Shown here piece after piece: positions 60,483 to 64,000 of a stretch of DNA of 64,000 bases (position 1 is its first letter; the number at the start of each line of letters is the position of its first letter). Below the pieces are notes generated by a model. It did no database searches. It saw nothing but the letters and a program-made list of their open reading frames with translations, and was not told the DNA's origin. The translations under genes and the position numbers were made by a program. Source of the DNA: Clostridia bacterium. GTDB lineage: Bacteria; Bacillota; Clostridia; Christensenellales; UBA1242. Location: positions 4,648 to 68,647 of the forward strand of contig JAFSVX010000010.1 in assembly GCA_017444785.1 (NCBI GenBank). Direction: 5' to 3'.

Positions 60483-60914
60483 TTAGTCAACCACAACAAT
60501 TCCCATAGATCTTGCAGTACCAGCGATCATGCTTTCAGCGGCCTCAAGGCTTGCAGCGTTAAGGTCAGGCATTTTTTGCTCTGCGATCTTACGAACTTGT
60601 TCTTTTGTGATTTTTCCGACTTTTTCTTTGTTTGGTTTTCCACTTGCCGTTTCAATACCAATAGCTTTCTTAATTAAAACTGCTGCAGGAGGAGTTTTAA
60701 GAACGAAAGTGAATGAACGGTCTTCATAGATTGTCATCTCAACAGGGATAATAAATCCGTCTTGAGCTGCAGTTTTGTCGTTAAACTCTTTAACGAAAGC
60801 TGGAATGTTGATACCATGAGGTCCAAGTGATGAACCAACTGGAGGACCAGCGGTTGCCTTACCAGCTTGAAGTTGAAGTTTAACTACGGCTTTAATTTTT
60901 TTAACAGGTGCCAT
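60483..60914 (-). CDS. rplK: 50S ribosomal protein L11
   Basis: ATG 60914 ([27 protein letters not shown]) with AAGGAGAA RBS; the ORF-track start 60977 is upstream of the RBS. Confidence 0.95.
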   Translation of the reverse strand: MAPVKKIKAVVKLQLQAGKATAGPPVGSSLGPHGINIPAFVKEFNDKTAAQDGFIIPVEMTIYEDRSFTFVLKTPPAAVLIKKAIGIETASGKPNKEKVGKITKEQVRKIAEQKMPDLNAASLEAAESMIAGTARSMGIVVVD

Positions 60915-61148
60915 ATTCAATTCTCCTTTAAGTTTTTCTGTGGTCTGTGTGAGGCATACAAAATTTACCTCTGCCACATATATTTAAAACATTTAGCTTA
61001 CACCCTACTGCAAGTCAAATGATTTAAAACTAAATAATTTATTTCAATCCATTCTCGAATATAAATATCGATAACGGGATTTAAAGGCTAAATTCAGATT
61101 AAGAACAATCTTATTTACTAGAATTCATAGATTTAATTACGCATTTAG

Positions 61149-61264
61149 GGCGTCAGAATGGTGCAATAAGAAAGAAACAAGAAAGCTGAACGCACGACTT
61201 TATTTTTATAAACGAGTGTGTGAAACTTTCGCAGTTTCTGCACTTAGTGTGCCGTTATCACGCC
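61149..61264. repeat. Nested palindrome unit abutting the nusG stop codon (copy G, inner stem decayed)
   Basis: Outer arms GGCGTCAGAATGGTGCAATAAGAAAGAAAC / GTTTCTGCACTTAGTGTGCCGTTATCACGCC; core GACTTTATTTTTATAAACGAGTG; ends 1 nt before TAA 61265-61267. Confidence 0.75.
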
Positions 61265-61801
61265 TTAAATTACTTCGATTTGGGCGAAGTCAAGGTCAAC
61301 CGGCGTCTGACGTCCAAACATCTCTACCGAAACCTTGCATTTTTGATTAGCAGTGTCAACTGAAAGGACATCACCAACGAAACTCTCAAGTGGACCAGCA
61401 ATAACTTTAACTTTATTGCCAACCTCAATTTTGAGGTCAATAACAATCTTTTCAAGTTGCATCTTTCTTACTTCCTCATCAGGAAGTGGAAGAGGTCGTC
61501 CCGCAGGGCCAACGAATCCAGTAACTCCACGAGTGTTTACAATTGTGTGCCACAAATTGTCAGTATAGCGCATCTTGATAAACACATAGCATGGAAACAT
61601 TTTTCTTTGCACAACTTTTTTCTTGCCATTTTTCTCTTCAATGGCATCTTCCATAGGTATCTTTACTTCAACAATGAAATCTTGAAGTTTGTTATGGTCG
61701 ATTGTCTTATAAAGATTCTCTTGAACCATACTTTCATAGCCAGAATAAGTGTGAAGCACATACCACTTTGGATCTTCTTTTAAAACATCACTATCACTCA
61801 T
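61265..61801 (-). CDS. nusG: Transcription termination/antitermination factor NusG
   Basis: 178 aa; WYVLHTYSGYE NGN domain and C-terminal KOW. Confidence 0.95.
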   Translation of the reverse strand: MSDSDVLKEDPKWYVLHTYSGYESMVQENLYKTIDHNKLQDFIVEVKIPMEDAIEEKNGKKKVVQRKMFPCYVFIKMRYTDNLWHTIVNTRGVTGFVGPAGRPLPLPDEEVRKMQLEKIVIDLKIEVGNKVKVIAGPLESFVGDVLSVDTANQKCKVSVEMFGRQTPVDLDFAQIEVI

Positions 61802-61811
61802 AATTCACTCC

Positions 61812-62081
61812 TTAAATATTGCTTATAAGCTTCAAAATCCAGTTAAGCAAACTGTCGATACCAAGAGTAACAAGCATGAAAAGAGCAACAACCGAGATAA
61901 CCATGCCCGTTTGTTTCATAGTCTTTTTAAATGAAGGCCAAGTTACTTTTTTAAGTTCGCCAAAAGTTTCCTTAACTTTGTTTCTTTTAGGGGCTTGATT
62001 AGCCTGAGCTTTTTTGTTTTTCTTCTGTGTTTTTTGAGCTTTTACGCTGTCCTTAGCAAGAGTTTTTTCTGCTTTTGCCAT
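61812..62081 (-). CDS. secE: Preprotein translocase subunit SecE
   Basis: Basic N-terminus, then ELKKVTWPS and one TM helix; position between rpmG and nusG. Confidence 0.85.
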   Translation of the reverse strand: MAKAEKTLAKDSVKAQKTQKKNKKAQANQAPKRNKVKETFGELKKVTWPSFKKTMKQTGMVISVVALFMLVTLGIDSLLNWILKLISNI

Positions 62082-62100
62082 AAATAAAGTTCCCCCTTAA

Positions 62101-62250
62101 TTACTTAGCTTCTTTATGAACTGTGTGTTTTCCGCAGAATCTGCAATATTTAGTCAATTGGATTCTGTCAGGATCGTTCTTTTTATTCTTATAGTTGTCA
62201 TAGTTTTTTTGTTTGCATTCTGTGCATTCAAGAGTAATCTTAGTTCTCAT
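62101..62250 (-). CDS. rpmG: 50S ribosomal protein L33 (Cys4 form)
   Basis: Not in ORF track (49 aa). Reverse strand reads [49 protein letters not shown]; GGAGAA RBS. Confidence 0.92.
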   Translation of the reverse strand: MRTKITLECTECKQKNYDNYKNKKNDPDRIQLTKYCRFCGKHTVHKEAK

Positions 62251-62300
62251 AAAAAATTTTCTCCTAAAAAATTACACCCTACAACGAGGAGTGTGAATAT

Positions 62301-62330
62301 ATAATAACACACGGCCAAGTTGTTGTCAAG
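62301..62330 (-). promoter_or_regulatory. Promoter of rpmG-secE-nusG
   Basis: Reverse strand TTGACA (62325-62330), 18 nt, TATTAT (62301-62306). Confidence 0.55.
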
Positions 62331-62372
62331 CATGATTTTAATATTTTTATAATATTTTATTATATTTTCAGG

Positions 62373-63407
62373 TCATAACTGAACTGTTGCGCTTGGGGCA
62401 AGAGTAAACGGATCGGCAATGTTCTTGTTTTCAATGAAACAGAAGTAGCCTGCTGATGCAATCATTGCGGCATTGTCAGTGCAAAGTGAAATGTCCGGAT
62501 AAAAAACATCAATGCCATTTTTCTTACCCTCATCTGTCATGGCCTGACGAAGTCTTTTGTTTGCGCTTACCCCTCCGGCCAAAACAAGCGTTTTAAGTCC
62601 AAACTTTTTGCAAGCCTCTATACTTTTATAAACAACCTGTCCAACAGCTTCTTCTTGAAAAGAGTGGCAAACATTTGCAATGTTGATTTCCTCTCCACGT
62701 TGACGCTTGTTGTGAAGATAGTTAATAACCGCCGTCTTAAGCCCGCTGTAACTGAAATTAAAATCTTTAAGTTTCTCGTGTGGTTTCACCACAAAGTTAA
62801 TTGTCTTTTTTCCTTTTTCTGCCATACGTTGAACATTTGGCCCACCAGGATACTCCAGTCCACACTCGCGTGCAACTTTATCAAAGCACTCACCAATCGC
62901 ATCATCTGTTGTCGTGCCAATAAGTGATCTGTTTGTAAAAGATTCCATTTTGCAAAGCGCCGTGTGTCCACCACTGACAATAAGACAAGCAAATGGTGGT
63001 TTCAGGTCATGATGAGCAATATAGTTTGCCGCGATATGTCCCTCTATATGATTGACAGCAATAAGTGGTTTGTTGTTCGCATAAGCAAGGGCCTTTGCAA
63101 AGTTGACACCCACAATCAGTGCACCCAAAAGACCTGCGCCATAGGTCACAGCTATTGCATCAATGTCATCAAGAGTCACACCAGAGGCTTTCAATGCCTC
63201 ATCAAGCACAGTGTCAATGTTTATAACATGATTACGTGAAGCAATCTCTGGCACAACTCCACCATAAAGCTTGTGTATGTCTATCTGGCTGGAAATCACA
63301 TTTGAAAGCACTTCTCTTCCATTTTTTACCACACTTATACTTGTTTCATCACAAGAGGACTCTATACCAAGTATCAAAATATCTTTCTTTTTCATAATTT
63401 TATCCAT
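62373..63407 (-). CDS. tsaD: tRNA N6-adenosine threonylcarbamoyltransferase
   Basis: ILGIESSCDETS, HIEGH, GGVSAN motifs; alternative ATG at 63395. Confidence 0.93.
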   Translation of the reverse strand: MDKIMKKKDILILGIESSCDETSISVVKNGREVLSNVISSQIDIHKLYGGVVPEIASRNHVINIDTVLDEALKASGVTLDDIDAIAVTYGAGLLGALIVGVNFAKALAYANNKPLIAVNHIEGHIAANYIAHHDLKPPFACLIVSGGHTALCKMESFTNRSLIGTTTDDAIGECFDKVARECGLEYPGGPNVQRMAEKGKKTINFVVKPHEKLKDFNFSYSGLKTAVINYLHNKRQRGEEINIANVCHSFQEEAVGQVVYKSIEACKKFGLKTLVLAGGVSANKRLRQAMTDEGKKNGIDVFYPDISLCTDNAAMIASAGYFCFIENKNIADPFTLAPSATVQL

Positions 63408-63498
63408 TTTTTATCATTATTTTACATTTTTGGTCGATTTTAGTCAATTTTGCATCTTTTTTATGACAAAATTTCCTATTTTTTTGAATATTTATCAA

Positions 63499-64000
63499 TT
63501 ATTTATCGTTATTTTCACTGTTTGTTTTGATAAGGTTTGCAGTGATAAACTCTTCAATATCTCCACCAAGGAATTTGTCTACATCAGAGGTCTCTGCACC
63601 TGTTCTTAAATCCTTGATCATCTTATAAGGATAAAGCACATAGCTTCTTATCTGACTGCCCCACTCATTCTTTTGTTGAGTACCAAGTTTTGCCTGCCTT
63701 TCCTTTTCCTTTTGTTCTTCTTCAAGTGCCTTTAAACGAGAAAGCATCATCTGCATCGCCATCTCTTTATTTTGAAGCTGGCTGCGTTCGTTTTGGCACT
63801 GCACCACGATACCAGTTGGAATGTGAGTGATACGAATAGCCGTCTCAACTTTATTGACATTTTGTCCACCAGCACCGCCACTTCGGTAGGTGTCGATCTT
63901 CAAATCCGACATGTTAAGATTGACATCTTTTTCTTCCACGACCGGCGAAACTTCCACACTCGCAAATGAGGTATGCCTGCGCTTGTTTGCATCAAAAGGG
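63499..64000 (-). CDS. prfB: Peptide chain release factor 2, C-terminal part (runs off window end)
   Basis: Frame stays open to the window edge ([17 protein letters not shown]...). [35 protein letters not shown] and [21 protein letters not shown] are RF2-type. Confidence 0.88.
   Translation of the reverse strand, partial: PFDANKRRHTSFASVEVSPVVEEKDVNLNMSDLKIDTYRSGGAGGQNVNKVETAIRITHIPTGIVVQCQNERSQLQNKEMAMQMMLSRLKALEEEQKEKERQAKLGTQQKNEWGSQIRSYVLYPYKMIKDLRTGAETSDVDKFLGGDIEEFITANLIKTNSENNDK

Overview
Low-GC Firmicutes-type chromosome segment (T-box leader, SpoIIE/SpoVB-like genes, Zn-lid Adk), mostly core genes. The minus strand carries a complete S10-spc-alpha ribosomal cluster (rpsJ to rplQ, 45010 down to 29243) and rpmG-secE-nusG-rplK-rplA (62250 down to 59788). 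Also present: uvrBA, T-box-controlled glyQS, ywlE-like phosphatase plus rpiB, sepF, groESL, lgt, class I lysyl-tRNA synthetase, a Ca-type P-type ATPase, spoIIE-tilS, a rhodanese-TtcA fusion, tsaD and partial prfB. Four things are not explained by ordinary annotation. (1) Two paralogous BspA-like LRR surface proteins (1295 and 724 aa) each have a poly-G tract (G11, G10) between a charged N-terminal start peptide and the signal-anchor helix. Both are one base out of frame, so they are candidate slipped-strand phase switches. (2) A nested-palindrome repeat family abuts the stop codons of rplQ, rplA and nusG. It has a conserved core, compensatory arm variation and G.U/G.T asymmetry favouring the plus strand. 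It forms a roughly 1 kb array after rplQ. (3) Two inverted paralogous XRE-HTH plus SLOG/DUF1273-like cassettes bracket hydrolase-uvrA-uvrB, and one SLOG copy is frameshifted in a T-run. (4) Several ribosomal proteins carry large extensions: Lys/Ala-rich on L30 and L24 (plus a Cys4 cluster in L24), others on S5, L17, L22 and L29. All calls come from reading the sequence and ORF track; no database searches were run.
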